Below are positions 1-8,630 of a stretch of 64,000 bases of DNA, in pieces; the stretch's first letter is position 1, and each line of letters opens with the position of its first letter. This DNA comes from Candidatus Vogelbacteria bacterium (GTDB lineage: Bacteria > Patescibacteriota > Minisyncoccia > Phycocordibacterales > XYD1-FULL-46-19): the NCBI GenBank assembly GCA_903864935.1, contig CAIPHT010000007.1, positions 16,293 through 80,292 of the forward strand. Reading direction: 5' to 3'. Under the pieces are notes generated by a model. It saw only the letters and a list, made by a program, of their open reading frames with translations, did not search any database and was not told where the DNA came from. The translations under genes and the position numbers were made by a program.

Positions 1-323
1 CGCTTAGCAAAATCAAGATGCGTGCGGGGGACAGCTAAATAGAAATTGATTTCTTCACCAAGATTCTTGACCGCCACCTCGAAGACGAAGGGCTCATTGA
101 TTGATGAGAGAGAAGAGAAGAGTTGCTCGGACAAATTTATTTCCTTGAGCGGATCCATCTTGTCCTCACCGGCCAAACGGGGAATGCGAATCTGGAGTAT
201 TCTTAGGTTCAAACTCTTCCAATGTCTTCGTCGCTTGCGATACCAAGAGAAAAGGGCTATCCCAAGAACGCCCAAAACGGCCAAAGAAAGAAAAATGGAG
301 AGATAATAGCCGTAGTCAAACAT
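1..323 (-). CDS. N-terminus (truncated by window edge) of a probable VirD4/TraG-like type IV coupling protein
   Basis: ATG at 323 overlaps the upstream TAA (TAATG). Translates as MFDYGYYLSIFLSLAVLGVLGIALFSWYRKRRR...EINLSEQLFSSL...FVFEVAVKNLGEEINFYLAVP, a TM anchor plus a motif I recall from CPR coupling-protein N-termini. Not in the ORF track. Confidence 0.55.
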   Translation of the reverse strand, partial: MFDYGYYLSIFLSLAVLGVLGIALFSWYRKRRRHWKSLNLRILQIRIPRLAGEDKMDPLKEINLSEQLFSSLSSINEPFVFEVAVKNLGEEINFYLAVPRTHLDFAK

Positions 324-739
324 TATTTTGCTTTAATAAAGCCTCTTTGCACAAGTTCATCATACATGCGATCTACCAGAGCGTCGTGAAGAACATCCAC
401 CCGATAAGGTCCACTGATTTCGGCTTCGGCCACCGCCTTAGCAATCCCGGTCTCGGGCAATTTTTGAATCAAGAGACTTATCGCTTCGGCCGTCTCACTA
501 TCAACAGTATCAAGATAACTATCATCCTTCACCATTGTTGCCTGACTCGTCTGGGTCGAGCCATTTCCCGCAACAGGGACTTGCCCCATCGGCATTTGAT
601 TAGCGCCAGTAAACATCTCGCGCAAGGCACTCCCAACTAACTCCTTCTCTTCAACGATCCCACCTTGCTGCTCAAGTTGATTCTTCTTCTCTTCGATCTT
701 CTGCTGCAATTGCGCAATTTCTAATTCAAGATTATCCAT
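323..739 (-). CDS. hypothetical protein (N-terminal coiled coil)
   Basis: 138-aa ORF, translationally coupled to the downstream gene. Confidence 0.75.
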   Translation of the reverse strand: MDNLELEIAQLQQKIEEKKNQLEQQGGIVEEKELVGSALREMFTGANQMPMGQVPVAGNGSTQTSQATMVKDDSYLDTVDSETAEAISLLIQKLPETGIAKAVAEAEISGPYRVDVLHDALVDRMYDELVQRGFIKAK

Positions 740-801
740 ATTATTTTAATTATTTATATCCTCAATTATAGTATGTTATAGTTTAACAGTCTATAAAAAT
801 T

Positions 802-2691
802 ATGAATTATCTCGATCAATTAAATCAACCCCAAAGAGAGGCGGTGGAATATCAAGAAGGACCATTACTGGTAATTGCTGGCGCCGGCGCCGGGAAGACT
901 CGCACCATTGCTTATCGCATTTTGCACCTTATTAAATCCGGGATTGCGCCGGATAATATCTTGGCCATTACTTTTACCAACAAAGCCGCCCGCGAGATGC
1001 GCGAGCGAGTCGAAAAGCTGCTAGAAGGGGATAAGAAGGGGACACCAATGCTAACTACATTCCACTCTTTTGGCGTTTATGTCTTACGCCACAGCGGAGC
1101 CAGGCTCGGCCTCTCGACACACTTCTCAATCTTCGACCGCGATGAGTCAGTGGCCAAGATAAAAGAAGCCATGCGCGCTATGAGTATCGACGAGAAACGA
1201 TTCGAGCCTAAGAAAGTGTTAAATGCTATCTCTAAGCAAAAAGGAGATAATATTAGCGCCAAAGAATTTGCGGGGACTCAATCAAACAATGTCTATGGCA
1301 AGATAATTAGCCAGATTTGGACCAGATATGACGAATTGCTCAAGGCCAACAAGGCTCTTGATTTCGATGATTTGCTTCTTAAAACTGTTGAGCTGTTCAA
1401 GACCAACCCCGATATTCTTGCTACTTACCAAGACCGCTTCAAATATATTCATATTGATGAGTATCAGGATACTAATGTTGTGCAATACGAGCTCACCAAC
1501 CTTTTAGCCGCCAAATATAAAAATATCTGTGTGGTGGGCGATATGGACCAATCCATCTATGGCTGGCGCGGGGCCGACTTCACCAACCTCATGCGCTTCG
1601 AGAAGGATTATAAAGGCGCCAAGATGGTGCTCTTGGAAGAGAATTATCGTTCCACCCAGACAATTCTTAGCGCCGCCAACCAAGTCATTGAGAAAAACAA
1701 GCAACGCCACGAGAAAAAACTTTTTACCAAGAATAAAGAGGGGGCGCAGATCGGACTCTACACAGGGATGGAAGAAGGGGACGAAGCCAGCTTTATGGCC
1801 CAAAAAGCGAAGGAATTAATAAGTAGTGGAGTCACTCCTAACGAGATTGCCGTTCTTTACCGCGCCAACTTCCAATCCCGCGTACTTGAAGAGGCCTGCC
1901 TACGCGCCGATGTACCTTATCAGGTGCTCGGCACCCGCTTCTTCGATCGTAAAGAAATTAAAGATATTGTGGCCTTCGTGCGCGCGGCACTAAACCCCGA
2001 AGATTGGGAGAATATGAAGCGCGTTATCAATGTTCCACCAAGGGGGATTGGCAAAACAACATTACTAAAACTGGCGGCTGGACAATTCGAAGAACTCCCC
2101 GCTGGGATGAAGCTCAAAATTTCGCAGTTTAAAAAAATCCTTAGTGAAGTCAGTGATTTTGCCATTCAAAATAAACCATCTGAACTTATAAAATTTATTT
2201 TAGACAAGACAGGTCTAGAAAAAAGTCTTAAAGAAGATGGTGAAGACGGACAAGAAAGGCTTGAGAACATTAAAGAATTGGTCAACGTCGCCACCAAATA
2301 TGATGCCCTGCCCCCCGAAGAGGCGATTGAGGCCATGATGACTGAGATAGCGCTCGCCAGCGACCAAGATGAACTTGATCAGCCTAAATCTGGTATCAAA
2401 TTAATGACCGTCCACGCCGCCAAAGGATTAGAGTTTGATTATGTTTTTATCACCGGTCTCGAACAAGACCTCTTCCCTCATGCGGGGATGGGCGACGGTA
2501 AACGCGACACCGAAGAAGAGCGCCGTCTCTTCTACGTCGCTGTCACTCGTGCTCGACACAAACTCTATTTATCTTATGCCCAGACCCGCCAAGTCTTCGG
2601 TCAGCGTCGCGTCAATATGCCCTCCGAATTCATCTTCGACATCGACGAGAACCTCATCGAGACCGAGTCCGGCCTGTGGACGATAATTTAA
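802..2691 (+). CDS. pcrA: UvrD/PcrA SF1 DNA helicase
   Basis: AGAGAGKT Walker A, IDEYQDTN, LEENYRST, MTVHAAKGLEF, EEERRLFYVAVTRA motifs. Confidence 0.96.
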   Translation: MNYLDQLNQPQREAVEYQEGPLLVIAGAGAGKTRTIAYRILHLIKSGIAPDNILAITFTNKAAREMRERVEKLLEGDKKGTPMLTTFHSFGVYVLRHSGARLGLSTHFSIFDRDESVAKIKEAMRAMSIDEKRFEPKKVLNAISKQKGDNISAKEFAGTQSNNVYGKIISQIWTRYDELLKANKALDFDDLLLKTVELFKTNPDILATYQDRFKYIHIDEYQDTNVVQYELTNLLAAKYKNICVVGDMDQSIYGWRGADFTNLMRFEKDYKGAKMVLLEENYRSTQTILSAANQVIEKNKQRHEKKLFTKNKEGAQIGLYTGMEEGDEASFMAQKAKELISSGVTPNEIAVLYRANFQSRVLEEACLRADVPYQVLGTRFFDRKEIKDIVAFVRAALNPEDWENMKRVINVPPRGIGKTTLLKLAAGQFEELPAGMKLKISQFKKILSEVSDFAIQNKPSELIKFILDKTGLEKSLKEDGEDGQERLENIKELVNVATKYDALPPEEAIEAMMTEIALASDQDELDQPKSGIKLMTVHAAKGLEFDYVFITGLEQDLFPHAGMGDGKRDTEEERRLFYVAVTRARHKLYLSYAQTRQVFGQRRVNMPSEFIFDIDENLIETESGLWTII

Positions 2692-2711
2692 TTTAGGGCA
2701 TAATTGAGGAG

Positions 2712-3536
2712 ATGGAAAATGTTCGAGCAAAAAAATCTTTAGGGCAAAACTGGCTCAAGTCGGAGAGCGCAATCAAGGAGATTGTTAAAGCCGGTGAGAT
2801 TAAGCCAGGGGATTGGGTGCTCGAGATTGGCCCCGGCCGTGGGGTTCTCACCCAAGCCTTACTTCTCGCCGAAGCTCGTGTCGTCGCGGCCGAGAAGGAT
2901 GACCGGCTTATTGATTTCTTGCACGAGAAATTTGCTGAAGAAATAAAGGCAGGTAAACTCATTTTAATTCACGATGACATTCTAAATATCGATTTCTCAG
3001 TAGGGTGGAAGAGTAAGGCCGAACCCTACAAGCTCATCGCCAATATTCCTTATTACATCACCGGCCAAGTGATAAGGAAGTTCTTGAGCGAAGAAGAACT
3101 CCAACCAAGTTTAATGGTCTTAATGGTGCAAAAAGAGGTGGCGCGAAGAATTGTGGCTAGTGATAACAAAGAATCAATCTTATCAATGTCGGTCAAGGTT
3201 TATGGCGAACCAAAATATATCAAGACTGTCCCCGCTGGCGCCTTCGAACCCAAACCAAATGTTGACTCAGCGATTTTACAAATAAAAAATATCTCCCGCG
3301 ACTTCTTTTTAGCCAAAAAAGATTTACTAGAAGGTGACGGCGAAGAAATCAGCGAGGCCAACTTTTTCAAAATCTTAAAAAAAGGTTTCGCCCAAAAACG
3401 TAAGCTATTAAAGGGTAATTTGGGAGTGGGGGAGGAGACCCTGATCAATTGCAAGATCTCCCCCAACGCCCGCGCTGAAGATCTAGCTCTGGAGAACTGG
3501 CAATGTCTAACGCGAGAAATGGGCAAAATTAGCTAA
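2712..3536 (+). CDS. rsmA: 16S rRNA m6,2A dimethyltransferase
   Basis: AKKSLGQNWL, VLEIGPGRG, ANIPYYIT, PKPNVDSA. Confidence 0.96.
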   Translation: MENVRAKKSLGQNWLKSESAIKEIVKAGEIKPGDWVLEIGPGRGVLTQALLLAEARVVAAEKDDRLIDFLHEKFAEEIKAGKLILIHDDILNIDFSVGWKSKAEPYKLIANIPYYITGQVIRKFLSEEELQPSLMVLMVQKEVARRIVASDNKESILSMSVKVYGEPKYIKTVPAGAFEPKPNVDSAILQIKNISRDFFLAKKDLLEGDGEEISEANFFKILKKGFAQKRKLLKGNLGVGEETLINCKISPNARAEDLALENWQCLTREMGKIS

Positions 3537-3538
3537 GC

Positions 3539-4465
3539 CTACGCTGACATATGGTCGGCGTTGATACGAACGTGCCAGTGAGGACCCGAGCCTCCAGTAT
3601 TGCCATAATTCTCGTCAAGATACTCATCGCCATTAGGCATCACGTAGTGAGTCCCTGAGCTATTAGTATAATGACTCGCCGAATTACTCGTGACATAAGC
3701 ATCCACCCCAGGATCTTTATTGAGATCAAAAACTGGTTTGCCCGTACCATGCTCGCCCGGAGGGGTAGGGTTGCCGGGCTGGCGCGCTCCACTGGTAATC
3801 TCCACATTGCAACCTGGGCCACAATCTTGCGATAAATCTTCGGCCCCGGCAATCGCGTTATTAGGCAATTTGCCAACTGGAGACAAGGTAGGAGAAAGAC
3901 CAGGGGCAATATGAACCCCATTAGCCTCAAGACCCGCCCGAGTTTGAGCTTCTGTTTGGCCACCATCAGCCGGGGTCTCGCTCCCAGGGCCACTAGGCTT
4001 CACAGGGGGCTGAGTGGTGTTAGCCGAGGTCTCTTGATATTCAGAGCCTTGGGTTCCGTTATTATTTTGAGAAGACGAATTACCAGATTGGGCCAAATGA
4101 GTCGCGTCTGAAGTCCCAACAATCGTGATAACCGGATGCATTCCCAAACTAACCCGATAAGGACCCACCTGAATAGCGCATTCTTGTTCTCCCTGGACAT
4201 TGCCAAGAAGCCAATTGCCGGGGAGTTCAATATTGCTGTAAGGATAGAGACGGCTTGTCAGCTTATTAAAGATAACTTTTGGTGGACCAGCGACAGCGGT
4301 ATTGATGATTAATAAATTGCCGCCAGAGGCCGTGCAAATAATGACAAATAACGAAAAGCCCCCAAAAGGCGTTTGCCCGGCCGTCGCCAGAGCCCCTCTT
4401 AAAGGGAAAAGGCAAAAAAGAGCAATTATAAGGGGGAAAATAGTTATCCGAGTAAAAAATCTCAT
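3539..4465 (-). CDS. secreted protein with putative C-terminal M15/LAS-type zinc peptidase domain
   Basis: Signal peptide, low-complexity linker, then ITSGAR...EHGTGKPVFDL...GPHWHV (H..D..HxH ligand pattern). Confidence 0.6.
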   Translation of the reverse strand: MRFFTRITIFPLIIALFCLFPLRGALATAGQTPFGGFSLFVIICTASGGNLLIINTAVAGPPKVIFNKLTSRLYPYSNIELPGNWLLGNVQGEQECAIQVGPYRVSLGMHPVITIVGTSDATHLAQSGNSSSQNNNGTQGSEYQETSANTTQPPVKPSGPGSETPADGGQTEAQTRAGLEANGVHIAPGLSPTLSPVGKLPNNAIAGAEDLSQDCGPGCNVEITSGARQPGNPTPPGEHGTGKPVFDLNKDPGVDAYVTSNSASHYTNSSGTHYVMPNGDEYLDENYGNTGGSGPHWHVRINADHMSA

Positions 4466-4468
4466 ATT

Positions 4469-5230
4469 TTATCTTATTTGGTAGTTAAAAGTTAGCTCAC
4501 CACTCTTCCCGTTGGAATTAGTAACATAAACGGTAATCGGAACAGATATTGACGAGGCAACCCCTCCAGGCAAGGAGTTGATACTACTTAAAACTTCGCC
4601 ACTTAGCGGAATCGAGAAGTTGAAACTCAAACTTTGCCCGTCGGCCGAAGAGATATTATTAAAAGTCTGAAATTTAGTGATAATAGTGTTGCCCGTCTTA
4701 GTAAAACCCTCACCCCGAAGAGTTATTGTCCCCCCATTTGAGACAATTGTCGGTGAAAGAGAGTAAATTTTGGGCGTAATCTTCCTAATCGCCGGGGTCA
4801 CTCTCTGGGAGGAGACCGTCTCTTTAGTTTGAGCACTTGGTTCTGGCCAGTCAGTGGGGATAAGCGCCATCTTACTCTTTCTGGCGCTGAGCAATTTGGG
4901 ACCGAGTTGATTTATCAATTGAACAGTTTGCGGACCAATCTGGCCCGTTTCGCCCATAATTCCGTATTTTTTCTGGAATTTTATGACCGCCAGACGCGTT
5001 TTATCACCAAAGTATTCGGTCTCTTTGCCAAGTGACCCATCGCCAGACACTCCAAGCCTTGTCGCTGGGTCAAGGTTTAAGACAATTTGCGCGATCTGGA
5101 CAGCCAAACCACGCATACCCAAGAAAAGAACCGGGCTCGAGGTCGCCGCCAGAGTTTTGCCAGTTGGGAAAGCAATAATTACCCCCAAAATGGCCACCAG
5201 AAAAATTATTTTGAAAGAAATTTTAAACAT
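4469..5230 (-). CDS. secreted peptidoglycan-binding domain protein with IPT/TIG-like C-terminus
   Basis: Signal peptide; YFGDKTRLAVIKFQKKYGI..TGQIGPQT (PG_binding_1); PKIYSLSP..GGTITLRGEGF (IPT). Confidence 0.8.
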   Translation of the reverse strand: MFKISFKIIFLVAILGVIIAFPTGKTLAATSSPVLFLGMRGLAVQIAQIVLNLDPATRLGVSGDGSLGKETEYFGDKTRLAVIKFQKKYGIMGETGQIGPQTVQLINQLGPKLLSARKSKMALIPTDWPEPSAQTKETVSSQRVTPAIRKITPKIYSLSPTIVSNGGTITLRGEGFTKTGNTIITKFQTFNNISSADGQSLSFNFSIPLSGEVLSSINSLPGGVASSISVPITVYVTNSNGKSGELTFNYQIR

Positions 5231-5325
5231 AGAAATTGCGTAAGCTAATCATAAATTAAAATTAGCGATTTATCCACTATTTAACGTGCATAAAATGGAG
5301 ATTAAGTAGTATAATTAAGGCACTC

Positions 5326-6018
5326 TTGATTAATCTACCAAGCAAAAGAGTGATATGGCTAGTAATTGTCCTAGTGGTAATTGCCGTTAGTGTTTTGTGG
5401 TATGCCGGATATCAAGACCGCAAAGATAAAGAGGCCAAACTCGCGCAATATACCAAGGAATTTCTCGACAAACAAAAGAACATTGAAGCGGTCGCGGTTA
5501 AAGAACTACAAGGAGATGCCACCGGTAGGACTCCGATAGACAGTATCCCGCCACTTACGATATCAACCTCGACAGCCAGCTCCACCGAACAACTTCGCAT
5601 TTATAATCTCGCGGTCATTGAGGCCCTCAAGCCTCTGAGTGTTAAAAGGGCCAATGAACCCCAAGCTGTTCTTGAGGCGATAGATAAGAACGACCCTTCG
5701 CTACTACGACCGGTAGTGGAGTCAAGAATATATCATCAGACAGTAGCACAGAATCTAGCCCAGATTGTTGTTCCCAAAGAAATCCTAACCGAGCACAAGA
5801 AAATCATCAGTGATCTCAATTTTCTCGTGAGCATTCTTCGCAGTATGGAAGTGGCCACCGAGCAACCCCAGCTAGCTCTGACCAATAGCAAGGCTCTCAT
5901 CACCAATTACCCTGTTCTGATTAAGGATATCAATAACCTAACACAGCATCTTGTTGACCGCGGAGTAAAATTAGGAACCAAAGACCAAATTCAAATTTTT
6001 GTTAGTTTTGCCCAATAA
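5326..6018 (+). CDS. membrane-anchored hypothetical protein, first gene of the T4SS-like cluster
   Basis: TTG start, N-terminal TM helix, helical soluble domain. Confidence 0.7.
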   Translation: MINLPSKRVIWLVIVLVVIAVSVLWYAGYQDRKDKEAKLAQYTKEFLDKQKNIEAVAVKELQGDATGRTPIDSIPPLTISTSTASSTEQLRIYNLAVIEALKPLSVKRANEPQAVLEAIDKNDPSLLRPVVESRIYHQTVAQNLAQIVVPKEILTEHKKIISDLNFLVSILRSMEVATEQPQLALTNSKALITNYPVLIKDINNLTQHLVDRGVKLGTKDQIQIFVSFAQ

Positions 6019-6019
6019 A

Positions 6020-8629
6020 ATGCGACACCAGTTAAAAACCATAAGAAGTTTAAAAATCCTCCTTGTTTTAGGATTAGTTCTTTTTGTTTTTAATTTTGTC
6101 AGCCCCAAGGTAGCCTTAGCCCTACCATTCCCGAATATTGATACGAGTCTTCTCCCGGGGATAAGTGATACGATACTAGACCCAACGGCACCAACTAATG
6201 GAGATAACGCCGACCCCATTGCTGAACGCCAAAAGAAAGATGAGGAACAGGCAAAACTTGAAGCGGATAGATTGAAGAAAGCTCAAGAAGAAGAGGACGT
6301 TAAGCTCTGCAAGAAAGATCAAGAATCAGTCAACACCGAAGTCGGAGCCGCCGCCTCAGGCGATGCCAGACAAGCTGACGCTTATGACCCTAAGAAACCG
6401 ATAACCGACGCCAATGGTGATGGCATCCCAGACCCGATTCCACCCGCCTGCACCAGTGCCAATGGTAATTCGCCTGCCTATACCGCCGCCTGGGAAGGCT
6501 TCACCCCGAGAGCTTTTAATGACATGGGGCACCAGACAATTGGGATGGGACATCAAATTACCGGCCATGAACCATTCGATGTGAGTGGCGATATCACCCA
6601 AGCCCAAGCGCAACAGTTATATGATGCCGATTATGCCACCGCCCGTTCGAATGCGGAACAATCGGCCACACGACACGGTGTTGATTGGCAAACCCTAAGT
6701 CCAGAACGTCAAACCGTTCTGACTGATATGAGTTTCAACATGGGGGCCTCGGGAGGTGGCGGAGTTGATGGCTTCGGTGATATGTGGGCCAACACCCGAC
6801 AAGCCCAACAAACAGGGGATCAGCGCTATTGGGATGCTGCCGGAGATGAGATTGTTGACAGTACTTATGGGCACCAATTAAAAACACGGTCTGAATACAA
6901 TGCCAATGTCATGCGCACCAGCGATAGCGCCTCAGTTGACCAGCAAGCCAACGCGACAGCATTGAGTCGCGGTCTATGTAGTGGCACAACCGCCTTCAAC
7001 TGGCAGAAACCTTTTAGCCTCTTCGCCATGCTCTTCGGTTCACAAATCGCCGAAGCCGTTGGCGGAACATTTGTCCCCGTGCAAGAGCAAGAGGGGGGCC
7101 TGATGGACAAGACTAAAGAGATCCAAACCAACACCGAACAAACCAGGAATCTCTCTATCCAAATTTGTACTCATCTTCGAGCCATCAAACGCATCCAACA
7201 AGAATTCGAGAAAAAAATGGTAGAGGATGCCAATGTTTCCCGTGTCAAAGCGACTGAGATTGCGAAGTATCAACAAGCACTTAATGGCAACAACGGGTTA
7301 CTAAAAACCGGATATGCCCTAATAGACGAGGATGGAAATGAAACAAAATTGGACCAAGGAATGCCTCTCTATATAGTAAATCAACAAGACTACATGGAAA
7401 AAGCGTCAAGAGAGGGAATCCAGGTGGCAATTGACGATATTACCCAAACACACAATATTTATAATAACCTTGTCTTGGCGAGCCTCCAATCTGAAGCTGG
7501 AGACAACGGCTTAGACTCCGGTCCAAGTATGGAGGATATTCAGAATGTCTTAGGCACCGATAACCCACAAGCGTCAACTGTTGTTGCAAAAAGCTCTTTT
7601 GATAATATTCCCATAATAACAAGCCTGCTCAAACCATTGCGTCAAACTTTTGCCTGGCTAACAGGAAGCGAGGCTTACGCTCTCGACAATAGCACAACCC
7701 AAAACAAGAGCACTGATCCTCGCCAATATTGGCCTAGCCTTATAAAGTTAGCCAAGGAGAATCCCTACACCAGTTATTTAAAGAACGTTGATTATATTAA
7801 TCAAAGTGAAAGTAAAGCCGTGCTCGCAGCAAGAGACACAGCCATACAAGGACAGGGCTTTTTACCAATTCGAACCTGTTTGCAGAAAACCTCTGATGGC
7901 AAAACCTGCTCTATCTGGGGAACATCTCAACCGGGAGCAATTGTTAAAGAAACAACAGCCGCGGCCGCTAATTCTCGTCTCACTCAGTATGAGAATGCCG
8001 ACACGGTTGGCGAGATAATCCAAGGCAACGAACCAAACATTACCGAACTCATAACCAACCTCCCAGCCGAGGGGGGCGGAGGAGCCGTGGGGCCGGGGAT
8101 GAGATCGGCAGAACAGATTTCCCAATCAATACAAACAATGTCGAGTAACCCCTCGACAAATCTCCCCGGGCAAATCATTAACATTGGTGGCGGCAATAAC
8201 TATAACGACAATGTTAACAGTGCCTTAAACGCCTCTGGTCTTGAAGGTCTATTGGGTAGCCTCTTCGGCAACAGCGATAAGCCAAACTTGTCCTCAAATA
8301 GCGAGCTCCAAGGGATAATAGATTCTCTCAAGCAAACCTTTTCCCTTATCTGGAATTTACTAAATCCGATCGTCATTGTTGGCACTAAGGCCAAAGACAA
8401 CGGCAACAAATTGCTCTACTGGTACTCACCAAACGCCAATGATTGCTCAACCACCAATGATTGGATGAGCGCCGGAGCCGAACAGGGGGTTATTAAAGCC
8501 AAGGGCGAGAGCTTAGGCGGTGTTGATAGCAGTCTCTTGGTTACCCCCACCACCACTACGAAATATAAGTTAAAATGTATGAACGGTAATGGCAACTCTG
8601 ACGAGAAAACTCTTGAAGTAAAAATATAA
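6020..8629 (+). CDS. large secreted protein with an internal GH24/T4-type lysozyme domain
   Basis: ATG 6020; signal peptide; WEGFTPRAFNDMGHQTIGMGH...ITQAQAQQLYDAD...LSPERQTVLTDMSFNMG...DAAGDEIVDS at about 6479-6920. Confidence 0.8.
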   Translation: MRHQLKTIRSLKILLVLGLVLFVFNFVSPKVALALPFPNIDTSLLPGISDTILDPTAPTNGDNADPIAERQKKDEEQAKLEADRLKKAQEEEDVKLCKKDQESVNTEVGAAASGDARQADAYDPKKPITDANGDGIPDPIPPACTSANGNSPAYTAAWEGFTPRAFNDMGHQTIGMGHQITGHEPFDVSGDITQAQAQQLYDADYATARSNAEQSATRHGVDWQTLSPERQTVLTDMSFNMGASGGGGVDGFGDMWANTRQAQQTGDQRYWDAAGDEIVDSTYGHQLKTRSEYNANVMRTSDSASVDQQANATALSRGLCSGTTAFNWQKPFSLFAMLFGSQIAEAVGGTFVPVQEQEGGLMDKTKEIQTNTEQTRNLSIQICTHLRAIKRIQQEFEKKMVEDANVSRVKATEIAKYQQALNGNNGLLKTGYALIDEDGNETKLDQGMPLYIVNQQDYMEKASREGIQVAIDDITQTHNIYNNLVLASLQSEAGDNGLDSGPSMEDIQNVLGTDNPQASTVVAKSSFDNIPIITSLLKPLRQTFAWLTGSEAYALDNSTTQNKSTDPRQYWPSLIKLAKENPYTSYLKNVDYINQSESKAVLAARDTAIQGQGFLPIRTCLQKTSDGKTCSIWGTSQPGAIVKETTAAAANSRLTQYENADTVGEIIQGNEPNITELITNLPAEGGGGAVGPGMRSAEQISQSIQTMSSNPSTNLPGQIINIGGGNNYNDNVNSALNASGLEGLLGSLFGNSDKPNLSSNSELQGIIDSLKQTFSLIWNLLNPIVIVGTKAKDNGNKLLYWYSPNANDCSTTNDWMSAGAEQGVIKAKGESLGGVDSSLLVTPTTTTKYKLKCMNGNGNSDEKTLEVKI

Positions 8630-8630
8630 A

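Noticed and set aside
6479-6920. Prophage suggested by the T4-like lysozyme
   Set aside because: The domain is internal to a signal-peptide protein in a T4SS-like operon, with no holin, capsid, terminase or integrase nearby.
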